Shown piece by piece: positions 28,327-39,042 of a stretch of DNA of 55,723 nt. The stretch lies in the IMG/VR virus record IMGVR_UViG_3300021197_001150, positions 1 through 55,723 of that record, one strand, 5' to 3'. Position numbers and translations under genes: made by a program. The stretch's first letter is position 1. Each line of letters begins with the position of its first letter. The notes beneath the pieces were generated by a model. That model worked only from the letters and a program-made list of their open reading frames with translations, made no database searches and was not told where the DNA came from. The stretch is from a virus. Lineage: Duplodnaviria > Caudoviricetes.

Positions 28327-29178
28327 ATGCCTTTAATATCTACAGTGACAGGCAGTTTTACAGCAGGACGTAGATCAAATGCTTTTGGTAGTGCGCCTTG
28401 GTCACCTGCTTCAAGCATAACTGCCGCGGCTTGGTTTGATGCTTCAGACACTGGCAGTTATACACTAAGTGGATCTAACGTCACAGCAGTCACAGACAAA
28501 AAAGGCAATGCCACTGTTACAGTAAATGGCACGCCTAATGTATCAACCACACTTGACAGTAAGAATACATTTACATTCTCAGGCGTTGGCGAAGATTTTA
28601 CAACCGACGAGTTTGCACAAGCCAGCAGTGGTAATCACTGGGCAATAGGAGTTATGCAATGGAACACTCGCAACGACTCACAAGATAGTTTCTGGAGTAC
28701 TGAAAATAACAGCGGGTCAATAGCAAACAAAAGAGACTATGCTATCAGTGCTGGCACCAGTAACTTTAATGGTGAGTTAGATTTGGATGGACTGGTTACA
28801 GGTAGAATCTCGTCAACTATAGGAAATCTACAAGAATTTGATTCAGGTATAGCACAGAACACTTGGGTTATTATTGGTGCTATATTCAACAAGACAGGCA
28901 ACCAGATTGCTGTGAGAGTTGATGGTGATAACGCTTTTACACCGGTGAATGACTATGATAACTCATTAGACACAAACATGGACCTACGCATAATGCGTAA
29001 CAGAGCCAACGAACGAATGGGCGGCAGAATGGCAGAGTTTTTTACGGTAGCAGACGTTCCTGGCACAGGCGGCACAGACATAACAGATTTTGAAAAAGCA
29101 GAAGGTTACCTTGCCCACAAATGGGGATTAACAAGCAGTTTACCTGTGAGTCACCCATATAAGAGTGTAGCACCATAA
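28327..29178 (+). CDS. Virion protein with lectin/LamG-like beta-sandwich
   Basis: AAWFDASD...VTDK, C-terminal EGYLAHKWGL..LPVSHPYK motif. Confidence 0.7.
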   Translation: MPLISTVTGSFTAGRRSNAFGSAPWSPASSITAAAWFDASDTGSYTLSGSNVTAVTDKKGNATVTVNGTPNVSTTLDSKNTFTFSGVGEDFTTDEFAQASSGNHWAIGVMQWNTRNDSQDSFWSTENNSGSIANKRDYAISAGTSNFNGELDLDGLVTGRISSTIGNLQEFDSGIAQNTWVIIGAIFNKTGNQIAVRVDGDNAFTPVNDYDNSLDTNMDLRIMRNRANERMGGRMAEFFTVADVPGTGGTDITDFEKAEGYLAHKWGLTSSLPVSHPYKSVAP

Positions 29179-29206
29179 AGATAAATATTACAAATAGGAA
29201 AACAAA

Positions 29207-30781
29207 ATGGCAGATAGAATACCACTTATAGTAGATACAGCAGACGGTAATAAGTTAAAAGAATTACCTATTGGTGATAATTTAAACTTAACAGGATCTG
29301 GTGTTATTGGTGCTGGTAATATTGCGGCAACAAGTTTAACCATTGCTGGAATACCTTATAATCCTTTTAGTGGTGCTTATGCAGACTTAACAGGTACGCC
29401 AACTATCCCAACTAACACAGATGATATTGCTGAAGGTACTAAACAGTATTTTTCAAACGAACGTGTAGATGATAGATTAAATAATTTTCTTGTAGCAGGA
29501 ACAGGTATTACTTTAACTTACGATGATGCGGCAAATACATTAACTGTCGGAGCAACTGGAGTTGGAAGTGGAGGCGGTGGTTCAACTAACTTACCAGGTT
29601 TAACTGATGTTACTATTACTGCTCCTGCAAACAATCAACTTTTAAAATATGATACTACTACAAGCAAGTGGATCAACAGTTTTGTATCTTATAATAATTT
29701 ACTTAACTTACCAACATATTCAACAGTAGCAACAAGTGGTAGTTATAATGATTTAAGCAACAAGCCTATTATTCCAAATGATATTGACGACATGTCAGAT
29801 GTTGATACATCAACAACACCTCCAACAAACGGACAAGTGTTAAAATGGTTAAACAACAAATGGTTACCAGCAGATGATATAACATCAGGTGGTGGCGGAT
29901 TAAATGCTGACACGCTTCAAGGCTTTGGAGGAAGTTATTACTTAGACTGGAACAATGTTACAAGCAAACCTGTTTATCAAGTATCTGATTTAGATGATAC
30001 AAGTGTAAGTGATGTTACAGCAGGTCAAATTATACAATGGACAGGATTAACTTGGGACGCAGTTGATTTTGAATTACCATTCACAAGCATTACAAGTAAA
30101 CCAACAACAATTTCAGGTTATGGAATTACAGACGCACCAAGCGTATTAACAGACTTAGGCATTTCAGATGGTGCGGCAAACACAGTATTGACAACAAATG
30201 GTTCTGGTACATTTACTTTTGCAACAAACTTATCTGGTGTAAGTTTAGTTAATGCAGGATCAGTTGGATTTGCGGCAGGCACTGTTGTTAACGAATTTAG
30301 TACAGATGGAACACTTGCTGGTAATAGTAATTCAGCAGTTCCAGTAGAAAGTGCTGTAAAAACTTATGTCGATACAGCAGTTGCAGGAGCAGGTGGATCA
30401 GAAGGACTTGCTACAAGAACAACAGCGGCAGTAACAACAAACAGTATTGGTAATGATGCAACTGAGAATGTTTCTATTACAGGTTTCAAATCATACATGC
30501 TAATGAGCATACAAACAACATCAGCGGCTTGGGTTAGATTATATACAAGTTCAGCGGCAAGAACAGCAGATGCAGGTAGAGGCGAAGGAGTTGACCCTGC
30601 ACCAGACGTAGGAGTAATTGCAGAAGTACTATCCAATGGTGCACAAACTATTGAATTTGGTCCAGCAGTGTTAGGTTGGAATAGTGCAAACGATACAACA
30701 ATATATGCGGCAGTAAAAAATAAAAGTGGCGGAACTGCAACAATAACAACTACACTTAACCTGCTTAAATTGGAGGGCTAA
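29207..30781 (+). CDS. Tail fiber-like structural protein
   Basis: SG.Y.DL..(K/T)P and DV...GQ.L.W fiber repeats; GATAAATA at 29180. Confidence 0.75.
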   Translation: MADRIPLIVDTADGNKLKELPIGDNLNLTGSGVIGAGNIAATSLTIAGIPYNPFSGAYADLTGTPTIPTNTDDIAEGTKQYFSNERVDDRLNNFLVAGTGITLTYDDAANTLTVGATGVGSGGGGSTNLPGLTDVTITAPANNQLLKYDTTTSKWINSFVSYNNLLNLPTYSTVATSGSYNDLSNKPIIPNDIDDMSDVDTSTTPPTNGQVLKWLNNKWLPADDITSGGGGLNADTLQGFGGSYYLDWNNVTSKPVYQVSDLDDTSVSDVTAGQIIQWTGLTWDAVDFELPFTSITSKPTTISGYGITDAPSVLTDLGISDGAANTVLTTNGSGTFTFATNLSGVSLVNAGSVGFAAGTVVNEFSTDGTLAGNSNSAVPVESAVKTYVDTAVAGAGGSEGLATRTTAAVTTNSIGNDATENVSITGFKSYMLMSIQTTSAAWVRLYTSSAARTADAGRGEGVDPAPDVGVIAEVLSNGAQTIEFGPAVLGWNSANDTTIYAAVKNKSGGTATITTTLNLLKLEG

Positions 30782-30782
30782 C

Positions 30783-33494
30783 ATGTCTTTAAAGAAGCAT
30801 GTAGAAAAAAAGATCTACATGGTTACACTCAAAAAGGGTGTAGACAGTGTAGCATTTGCCAATGACATGGAAACACCAGGTGGTGCTTTACACATTCCAG
30901 ATAGATCAGTAGGTGTACACAATCCAAGACCAGAATCAAGAACAACAGAATATTGGCTTACAGAATCAGAAAAGAATTTAGTCAGCAATGACGAAAGAGT
31001 GTTAGCGGTTGAACTCAACCCTAAAGATGCAAACTTAGATGTCTCAGAAAATTCAATAATTGAACAGACAGGTTTGTTTGCACGTAATTCAACAAACACA
31101 CCCACAGACTTGAACTGGGGACTTCTACGTCTTGTAGAAGGATCGAATAGAACCAATTGGGGATATTTTACCACAGAAATTAACGACACAATATCATTTA
31201 ATGCAACTGGTCGGAATGTAGATTTAGTTATTTGCGATGGTGACGGTATATACACCGGACATCCTGAATACAAACAACCGTCAGGACAAGACACCGATGA
31301 TGGTTCTGCGGAACGCATCGTGCAATATAATTGGTATCAACACAATCCGGCTATCACAGGCGGGTCGGCGGGGAACTACAGTTATAGCAATCCTGGAAGT
31401 TACCACGCTAATCACGTAATGGGTACAGCGGGAGGAAACAGACAAGGATGGGCAAGAGATGCGAATTTATATAATCTTTTCTACTATGCTGGCGCTTCTG
31501 GTAATACTAATTTTCCTTACGTGTTCGATTACATTAGACAATTTCACGCGAACAAATCCGTCAACGGAAGTACAGGAATTAAAAATCCAACAGTCGTCAA
31601 CAACTCATGGGGAATGAGTATATTTGGATATCAATGGAGTTTTGATGCTATTGATGCTGTAACCTTTAGAGGTACAAGATTCACACCAACTGGTACTGCC
31701 ACTTATAATGGTACTTCAGGTGTGTTTACTTCTGACACAAGAATAGGAACTTTTACAGCAGATCCAGAAAACATTTCACAACGTATTACAACTTCAGGAA
31801 GTGAAGGAACGGTCGGTGGTGACTTTAATGCCATACCAACAGGCTTTGTAAGAACAGGTGGAGAAATTGAACTCAGTTTAGATGTTTTACCTAATGCAAG
31901 TTACACAGCAACTATACAAGGACCTGCAACTATTAACTATAAACACAATGTTAGTTCACAAGGAATTACAGGTATATCAGATATTGATCTTACAGTTACA
32001 GTTCAAGATTCAAGCAGTGCTACGGTTCAAACTGAATCAGATAGTGCAACATCAGTTGATGGTGGATTTGCTGAAGTTAATATTATAAGTGGAAATATTA
32101 GTTTACCTAACAACGAACAATACAGTATTACTTGGCAATCAACTGTTACAGAAGGTACTGATCCAACATCGGCGGCACTGTTAAGATGTACACTTATAGG
32201 TTATCAAGGTGGAAGTCCATCAGCAACGGTTACAAGTCTTGGTACAAATATACCTATTGCTTCTACAACAGGATTGACGGCAAGTGTTACACCTACAACT
32301 GGTGGTAATGATGACGGATACTGGACACTTACTGTACCGTTCAATGTAACATTTTTAAATCAAAGTTCACCAACTATCTATATGGGTACAAACAGTTATC
32401 TTACATTTGGTGGTGGAGCGACAACTTATTCTGGTATCGATGAGAATACTCCTAACTTTCCAAAGGTTATGGTAACAGCAGAAGACTGTAGTTGTCAAAG
32501 AATTTTTTATGGTACTTCAGGTACAGTTGGTAGTAGAATTTATAGATTAGTATGGGAAGGTAATGCAAGTACAAGTGGTACATTAGGTTCGCCTACTATA
32601 AGATATGAATATAAATTTTACGAAGCAACACCTACACAGATTGATTTAACAGTTGAACAAAATGGTAACAAACAATCAACTGGTTCTTTTTCAACAGCAC
32701 AACTTAATAGTTGGGGATTTATAGCAGGTCAACGTATTCCTGTAAGAGTTGCGGCACTTGATGCAGACATTGAAGATGCCATAGACGAAGGTGTTATTAC
32801 AATAGGTGCGGCTGGCAACGGTCAATGGAAACATGATGTGCCGGGTGGTCCTGATTGGGATAACACATTTGAAATGAGCGGCAATACATATTATTATATG
32901 CGTGGCACAAGTCCAACAGCAAATGATGATGCTGTAAACGGAACATACGATATACCTAATATTTGTGTTGGTGCTACTGACACAGGTCTTACATTAGATA
33001 CTGACAGTGTGAGAAAAGATAGAAAAGTATCATTTAGTGACTGTGGTCCTGGCGTTGATATTTACGCTCCTGGCACATCTATCATGTCAGTTTTGAATAC
33101 AAGTTATTCAGGTGGTGGAACAACAGATCCGAGAAGCGGCAGTTCGCCCAGTTATAAAATTGGAAAGATTTCAGGTACAAGTATGGCAAGTCCACAGGTA
33201 GCAGGATTGGTTGCATGTTTAATGGAAACATACCCACACTATAATCAAGAACAAGTAAAAGAATACTTGATTCAAAAATGGTCAGTAACAAGTCAACTGT
33301 ATGATGCTGTTTCAACAGACAATCCTACAGATACAGATGATTTGCAAGGTTCTCCAAATGAACATGCAAAGTATAATTTTGAAAGACCGATAGATGGTGC
33401 TATGCACCCTAAGAAAGACTATAATTTAAGGCCTACTACAGGAGCAATGTATCCAAGGCCGAGAACTACAGTACGTAAGAGACCACCAGAATAG
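30783..33494 (+). CDS. Subtilisin-like S8 serine protease with large insertion, probably virion-associated
   Basis: VICDGDG (Asp), YHANHVMGTAGG (His), AAGN, GTSMASPQVAG (Ser). Confidence 0.88.
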   Translation: MSLKKHVEKKIYMVTLKKGVDSVAFANDMETPGGALHIPDRSVGVHNPRPESRTTEYWLTESEKNLVSNDERVLAVELNPKDANLDVSENSIIEQTGLFARNSTNTPTDLNWGLLRLVEGSNRTNWGYFTTEINDTISFNATGRNVDLVICDGDGIYTGHPEYKQPSGQDTDDGSAERIVQYNWYQHNPAITGGSAGNYSYSNPGSYHANHVMGTAGGNRQGWARDANLYNLFYYAGASGNTNFPYVFDYIRQFHANKSVNGSTGIKNPTVVNNSWGMSIFGYQWSFDAIDAVTFRGTRFTPTGTATYNGTSGVFTSDTRIGTFTADPENISQRITTSGSEGTVGGDFNAIPTGFVRTGGEIELSLDVLPNASYTATIQGPATINYKHNVSSQGITGISDIDLTVTVQDSSSATVQTESDSATSVDGGFAEVNIISGNISLPNNEQYSITWQSTVTEGTDPTSAALLRCTLIGYQGGSPSATVTSLGTNIPIASTTGLTASVTPTTGGNDDGYWTLTVPFNVTFLNQSSPTIYMGTNSYLTFGGGATTYSGIDENTPNFPKVMVTAEDCSCQRIFYGTSGTVGSRIYRLVWEGNASTSGTLGSPTIRYEYKFYEATPTQIDLTVEQNGNKQSTGSFSTAQLNSWGFIAGQRIPVRVAALDADIEDAIDEGVITIGAAGNGQWKHDVPGGPDWDNTFEMSGNTYYYMRGTSPTANDDAVNGTYDIPNICVGATDTGLTLDTDSVRKDRKVSFSDCGPGVDIYAPGTSIMSVLNTSYSGGGTTDPRSGSSPSYKIGKISGTSMASPQVAGLVACLMETYPHYNQEQVKEYLIQKWSVTSQLYDAVSTDNPTDTDDLQGSPNEHAKYNFERPIDGAMHPKKDYNLRPTTGAMYPRPRTTVRKRPPE

Positions 33495-33507
33495 GATAAA
33501 TATTAGT

Positions 33508-34197
33508 ATGGCAATACAAACAGTTAATATCGGCGGCGTAGCAAATGACGGAACAGGTGATGATTTACGTGAAGCATTTGTAAAAGTTAATAATAACTTT
33601 ACAGAACTTGACAATCGTAATCCTGAGCAAACAACTGCATCTAATTTAGGTACAGAAGGACAAGGTGTCTTTGCACAAAAGACTGGATTTGATTTACAAT
33701 TTAAGAAAATCAAAGCAGGCGGTAATGTTACAGTTACATCAGATAGCAGTAACGTTATTATTGAAAGTGTTGGCGGTTTACAACAGTTAATTGTTGCTAC
33801 AGATAGCGGAAACATTACACTTGCTGAAGGCGATACATTTACCATCGCAGGCGGTACTAATACAACTACAGCACAAAATGGTGCGAATGGTATTACAATT
33901 AACTCTGTTACAGAATTAAGCACAGATGCTACTCCAGTATTAGGTGGCGATTTAGATGCTAATAACAAATTGCTGTACAATATAAGAGATGCTGAAACTA
34001 CCATATACGGTATTGACGTAAGAGATATCTACGGTTTTAACTTTGGAAGTATTACAGGCAGTGTTTCAAGTATTATTGAGTTTTTAGGATCAGCAACTAA
34101 CATTGACTTAGGTACACTTGATGATCCAGGGTTACAAGAAGACAGTACCGTTGCAGATATTACTATTGAGAACGGCACAATTACAAACCCGCTATAA
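33508..34197 (+). CDS. Baseplate/tail structural protein
   Basis: NIGGVANDGTGDDLREAFVKVNNNFTEL motif (T4 gp9/gp10-like N-terminus). Confidence 0.75.
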   Translation: MAIQTVNIGGVANDGTGDDLREAFVKVNNNFTELDNRNPEQTTASNLGTEGQGVFAQKTGFDLQFKKIKAGGNVTVTSDSSNVIIESVGGLQQLIVATDSGNITLAEGDTFTIAGGTNTTTAQNGANGITINSVTELSTDATPVLGGDLDANNKLLYNIRDAETTIYGIDVRDIYGFNFGSITGSVSSIIEFLGSATNIDLGTLDDPGLQEDSTVADITIENGTITNPL

Positions 34198-34243
34198 CCA
34201 TAGCCACAATATTCCGATAAATACTATTGAATAAGGAATTAAA

Positions 34244-36787
34244 ATGGCAACCATCTGGACTTTAAAAACAGGATCTAATTTAGGTATATTTGCAGAAAAT
34301 GCAACTATAGGAATTGCACTCCCTGTAAACACAGTATCAAATACCATTAGTACAGTAAAAGTTATTAGTGGAAACTTACCCGGCGGACTTAGAATTGAAG
34401 GGTTATATATTGTAGGTACTCCGTTTGAAGTAGAAAGACTAACAGAATCAAAGTTTGTTCTTAGAGCAACAGATAGTTCAGGTGCTATTGAAGATAGAAC
34501 ATTTACAATATTAATTGACGGTGCTGACGAACCTGAATGGATTACAAAAGAAGGACTAATTGCTGTTGACCCGAATAGCAAATATTTTGTACTCGATAAC
34601 ACATTATTAGATTTCCAATTACAAGCAATAGATGCAGATTTACCTGCAGGTGATACACTTGAATATTTTATTGGCGATGACGACGGTGAACTTCCGCCAG
34701 GAACAAAACTTACAACAGACGGAAGAATTGTAGGATTAGTTGAACCTGTACTTGCTTTAGATAAGAAAGCAGGAAGCGGACACTATGATGCAAACGTATA
34801 CGGTACATTTCCTTTTGACTTTGGCGACCGAAGTGCTAACGGTTACGATAGTTTCTTTTATGACACACGTATATACGATGACAGAATTCCAACTAAACAA
34901 CCAAGAAAATTAAATAGGTTTTACGAGTTTATAGTTAGTGTTAGTGATGGCGATACTATTAAGAAACGTAAGTTCCAAATTTATCTTGTAGGTGATGACT
35001 TCTTAAGAGCAGACAACACTAAGATGCAAATCTCAAATGGTTTGTTTAGTGCTGACAATACATACTTAAGAACTCCACTATGGCTAACTCCTGCTAACTT
35101 AGGATTTAGAAGAGCAAATAATTACTTAACATTCTTCCTTGATATATTAGATACAGAAACAATCTTAGGAAGACTAACTTATACACTTGAAGCACTTAAC
35201 GATGATGGTAGTGCAAGTGCATTACCGCCAGGTATGCAAATAGATAGTAGTACAGGTGAAATTGCAGGTCGTGTACCGTACCAACCAGCAGTTACTAAAG
35301 AATATAAGTTTACAGTAAAAGCAACAAGACTTGGCGGTGTACCCGAAACTGTCCTTGCAACAAAATCAAAAACATTTACAGTTAAAATATTAGGTGAAGT
35401 TGATTCAACTATTACATTTACAACATTACCAAACTTAGGAAATATTAGTGCAAACTTTACTTCAACTAAAAGTATTAAAGCAACTACAACGGTTCCAGAC
35501 TCAAGATTATTATATAGCATTGTATCAGGTAATTTACCTTCAGGATTGCAGTTAGATATTAGTGGTGAGATAATTGGTAAAGTAAATCAATTTGGTACTA
35601 TAACAAATCCAGGACTTACAGTATTTGATAGTGGTCGAATGAACTTTGATGGTTCTAAAACTGTTATAGATAGAGAATTTAAGTTTACAGTAAAAGCAGA
35701 AGATCGTTTTGGATTTAGTGCAGTTGAACAAGAATTTACACTCGATGTACTTGACCCAGATGATAATTTGTATAGTAACTTATATATGAAACCTTTCTTA
35801 AAACAAACTGTTAGAAGTAGTTACGAAGCATTTGTATCTAATCCAAGTATATTTCCACCAGACCTTGTTTACAGAGCAGGTGACCCACAATTTGGTGTAC
35901 AGAAAGAAATTAAGATGTTAGCATACGCAGGTATACTTACACAAAATATTAGAAACTATGTGGCGGCAACAGCAAAGAATCATAAACGTAAAGTTTACAA
36001 AGTTGGCGAAGTTAAAAAAGCAGTAGCAAAAGAGGCTGGTAGTAATGATACTGTATACGAAGTTGTATATTTAGAAGTGTTTGATCCTGCAGAGCCAACT
36101 AAAGGAAAAACTGCAAAACAGTTTAAAAGTAGAAACAGTAATAGTATTACAGTAGACAGTGTTATGTTTGAAAGCCAAGATGACACAACTGCATTAGGTT
36201 CAGGTAAGAGCTCATTCGAACTTGGAGTTAGGGGTGTAGGAACTCCGACGATTGATGTACAAAGCATTGGTAATGATTTAGAGATTATTACAAGAAGTGG
36301 TCGTGTTGTATTTCCTACAGTAGGTAACATTACAATTACAACAAGAGTAGGTAGCACAGTTACAAGTGTACAAGAATTTGTAATTGAAAGAGCAGAGCCA
36401 TATAGATATAGACCAATTACTAACACATTAAAAGTTGACAGCAGTGCAGTCAAAGTAAGTCAAGATAACGATAATACCAAATATATCTCAAATTTACAAA
36501 ATATGAGAGATAGAATAGCAGAAACTGGAGTTACAGAACGTGACTTTTTACCACTATGGATGCGTACAACACAAACAAATAGTGTACAAGAATTAGGGTA
36601 TACAAGTGCTATACCTATTGCTTACTGCCAGGCAGGACAAGCAGATCAAGTAATGCTTAATATCAAAAACGCTAATTTCAATTTTAAAACAATTGATTTT
36701 GATATTGATAGATACATTATAGATAGCACTACGGGCAGTTCACAAGACCAATATATACTGTTCGCAAATTATGAACACAATATATAA
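34244..36787 (+). CDS. Baseplate-type structural protein with Ig-like repeats
   Basis: Repeated SG.LP.G...G.I.G...F.V.A modules; LPLWMRT C-terminal motif. Confidence 0.75.
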   Translation: MATIWTLKTGSNLGIFAENATIGIALPVNTVSNTISTVKVISGNLPGGLRIEGLYIVGTPFEVERLTESKFVLRATDSSGAIEDRTFTILIDGADEPEWITKEGLIAVDPNSKYFVLDNTLLDFQLQAIDADLPAGDTLEYFIGDDDGELPPGTKLTTDGRIVGLVEPVLALDKKAGSGHYDANVYGTFPFDFGDRSANGYDSFFYDTRIYDDRIPTKQPRKLNRFYEFIVSVSDGDTIKKRKFQIYLVGDDFLRADNTKMQISNGLFSADNTYLRTPLWLTPANLGFRRANNYLTFFLDILDTETILGRLTYTLEALNDDGSASALPPGMQIDSSTGEIAGRVPYQPAVTKEYKFTVKATRLGGVPETVLATKSKTFTVKILGEVDSTITFTTLPNLGNISANFTSTKSIKATTTVPDSRLLYSIVSGNLPSGLQLDISGEIIGKVNQFGTITNPGLTVFDSGRMNFDGSKTVIDREFKFTVKAEDRFGFSAVEQEFTLDVLDPDDNLYSNLYMKPFLKQTVRSSYEAFVSNPSIFPPDLVYRAGDPQFGVQKEIKMLAYAGILTQNIRNYVAATAKNHKRKVYKVGEVKKAVAKEAGSNDTVYEVVYLEVFDPAEPTKGKTAKQFKSRNSNSITVDSVMFESQDDTTALGSGKSSFELGVRGVGTPTIDVQSIGNDLEIITRSGRVVFPTVGNITITTRVGSTVTSVQEFVIERAEPYRYRPITNTLKVDSSAVKVSQDNDNTKYISNLQNMRDRIAETGVTERDFLPLWMRTTQTNSVQELGYTSAIPIAYCQAGQADQVMLNIKNANFNFKTIDFDIDRYIIDSTTGSSQDQYILFANYEHNI

Positions 36788-36819
36788 ACAGATAAATAAA
36801 AGCATAGAGAGGTAATATA

Positions 36820-37395
36820 ATGGCAAGTAATATTGATGATGTAAGCATTAACTCAGCATACCCTGTAGCAGGTCAGGACAATGACTCACAAGGGTTTAGA
36901 GATAATTTTGGTACAATCAAAAGCAATTTCGTAGCATCAAAAGCAGAAATTGAAGCACTACAAGACAACACAGCAAAGAAGAACGAAGCGAACAACTTCT
37001 TAGGTAATAACATTTCCAATGCAAATTTGGTTGATGTAAGCGAAGAACTAAACGCTGGCGGTACTGTTCAAGCCTCTCAGAACATTGACTTCCAATTTGG
37101 ACCAGTTCAAACTTTTATTATCAGTGGCGATGTTACACTTACAACAACTGGTTGGCCTGAGTCAGGTAAAGTTGGTAAGATTAGAGTAATTCTTGTTAAT
37201 GATGGTACAACACGTACTTTAACAATTGGTACTGAAGCAGGTTCAACATTGAAATATCATAACGATTGGCCATACAGCGGACCAAGTAATGAAATTTCTG
37301 TAACTAATGACAGCAATCCTATTGTAATCGATTTTTGGACTTACAATGCAGGTTCAACTATCTTTGTAAAATACGACGGCACATACGCGGCTTAG
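36820..37395 (+). CDS. Structural protein
   Basis: YPVAGQDNDSQGFRDNF motif; GATAAATA promoter at 36791. Confidence 0.7.
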   Translation: MASNIDDVSINSAYPVAGQDNDSQGFRDNFGTIKSNFVASKAEIEALQDNTAKKNEANNFLGNNISNANLVDVSEELNAGGTVQASQNIDFQFGPVQTFIISGDVTLTTTGWPESGKVGKIRVILVNDGTTRTLTIGTEAGSTLKYHNDWPYSGPSNEISVTNDSNPIVIDFWTYNAGSTIFVKYDGTYAA

Positions 37396-37396
37396 T

Positions 37397-37621
37397 ATGA
37401 TTCACCCGCACCACGAAGACTTAACCGAATTCACTACTCCGCAAATTGAAGCGAAGTTAACTGAACTATCCAAAAAGTACTTCATGACACGCAATCCAGA
37501 AGTCCAAATGCAAATGTCTATGATATTAGACGGCTATCGAGACGAGCTTCGTACACGCTACCGAAAAGAAATGGTAGAAAATGGCGATAAAGATCTTGAC
37601 AATCTGATTAATATCAGTTAA
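37397..37621 (+). CDS. Hypothetical protein
   Basis: In-operon ORF, helical. Confidence 0.65.
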   Translation: MIHPHHEDLTEFTTPQIEAKLTELSKKYFMTRNPEVQMQMSMILDGYRDELRTRYRKEMVENGDKDLDNLINIS

Positions 37622-37630
37622 AATATATAC

Positions 37631-38179
37631 ATGCTGATAAAAACAGACTCTAACGGAGTTCCTACATTTACGAATCAAAACTTGATCGATATGATCTACA
37701 CAGGATCTATTGACAAGTGTCATATTGTCCTATGTGATAAAACTGATGAACTTACACAGTTTAACAAGTGGGCAAAAGAGTTTGGCAATCCTAAATTACA
37801 ATTTTACGTTCCATTAGATGTAGATCAAAAAACTTTTGACAATGTGTGTCAAAGTGAATGGTTTATGCCACAGAAGTATAAAGAGATTGACATACATAAA
37901 TGGATGTATGCTAAACTACAAGACGAACTTGACAAAGAACAAATTGGTGACACAGAAGAATGGATGCGTACAGAAGCAGAACTTGTTGAGTTTGATCAAC
38001 GAGGAATGTATCCGTTATTGCAGTATATGATATATTTGGTAGACTTCATGCGTGAAAACAATATAGTATGGGGTGTAGGTAGAGGTTCAAGTGTAGCAAG
38101 TTATGTGCTATACTTAATTGGAATACATAGAATAAACTCAATTCACTTTGACCTGGACTGGCATGAGTTCCTGAGATAA
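37631..38179 (+). CDS. dnaE: DNA polymerase III alpha-like N-terminal fragment (split DnaE)
   Basis: WGVGRGSSVASYVLYLIGI...EFL; stops before the PDxDxD catalytic motif. Confidence 0.8.
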   Translation: MLIKTDSNGVPTFTNQNLIDMIYTGSIDKCHIVLCDKTDELTQFNKWAKEFGNPKLQFYVPLDVDQKTFDNVCQSEWFMPQKYKEIDIHKWMYAKLQDELDKEQIGDTEEWMRTEAELVEFDQRGMYPLLQYMIYLVDFMRENNIVWGVGRGSSVASYVLYLIGIHRINSIHFDLDWHEFLR

Positions 38180-38203
38180 GTAAACATATAATAGGAGAAG
38201 AAT

Positions 38204-38581
38204 ATGGCGGCACAACAAAAAGGACGTAAAGTATACAAGTCAATGCAAGGTAAACAAGTTGACATGGATCTATTACGTCAAAAAAACGAACTTACTCCGG
38301 CTGTAGGAAATGCTCGTGTAAATGCACGTGGCGATGAATTAGGCCCAGGCGGTAAGATTATTAGAAGACGTGAAGATGTTATGGCTGACTTTTACAGAGA
38401 CAATCCTAATGTTGTTACAGACGAATTACCTGTTGCGGCAAAGGCTGAAGAACCTGTAAACAAAGTTGTAAACGAATCACCCGTTGCTAAAAAAGCAACT
38501 AAAAAAGTTGAAAAAGAAAGTGTTGTTGACGACGAATGGGTCGAAGACGACGATGGCAATTTTGTAAAAAAAGGTGACTAA
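38204..38581 (+). CDS. Hypothetical jumbo-phage protein
   Basis: GKQVDM...AVGNARVNARGDELGPGGKII; SD AGGAG. Confidence 0.75.
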   Translation: MAAQQKGRKVYKSMQGKQVDMDLLRQKNELTPAVGNARVNARGDELGPGGKIIRRREDVMADFYRDNPNVVTDELPVAAKAEEPVNKVVNESPVAKKATKKVEKESVVDDEWVEDDDGNFVKKGD

Positions 38582-39027
38582 TGTCTGATTTAGATTACGA
38601 AGCAATGGCGGCTGGAAAGCCTGCTATACCAACTAAAGTTACAGGTAGTATTAGACCAATCCACGATCGTGTTATTGTAAAACATATGAACTTCGGCGAA
38701 CAAAAGACCGCTGGAGGAATTATTATTACAAGTGATGATGGTAAGGATAGAGGTATTAAGCCACGTTGGGGACAAGTTGTTTCCAAAGGTAACACAAATA
38801 AAGATCCATATGACGTAGGTGATTGGATTCTTGTTGCACATGGACGTTGGACACGTACTTTCCAAGTTGATGAAAACGACACTGGAAATTATGTAGACAT
38901 GCGTACAGTTGAAGCAGAAGGAATTCTTGCTTGGCAAGATGAACAACCAGAAGAAACTATGTTTGGTGCCTTTTCAGGTGCTGGTGATAATCAAGCACAC
39001 AGTCCAGAGGACTTTGGCGCTAACTAA
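38581..39027 (+). CDS. groES: Co-chaperonin GroES-like
   Basis: IRPIHDRVIVK...KTAGGIII, VGDWIL. Confidence 0.85.
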   Translation: MSDLDYEAMAAGKPAIPTKVTGSIRPIHDRVIVKHMNFGEQKTAGGIIITSDDGKDRGIKPRWGQVVSKGNTNKDPYDVGDWILVAHGRWTRTFQVDENDTGNYVDMRTVEAEGILAWQDEQPEETMFGAFSGAGDNQAHSPEDFGAN

Positions 39028-39042
39028 GAAGTGGAATAAAAA

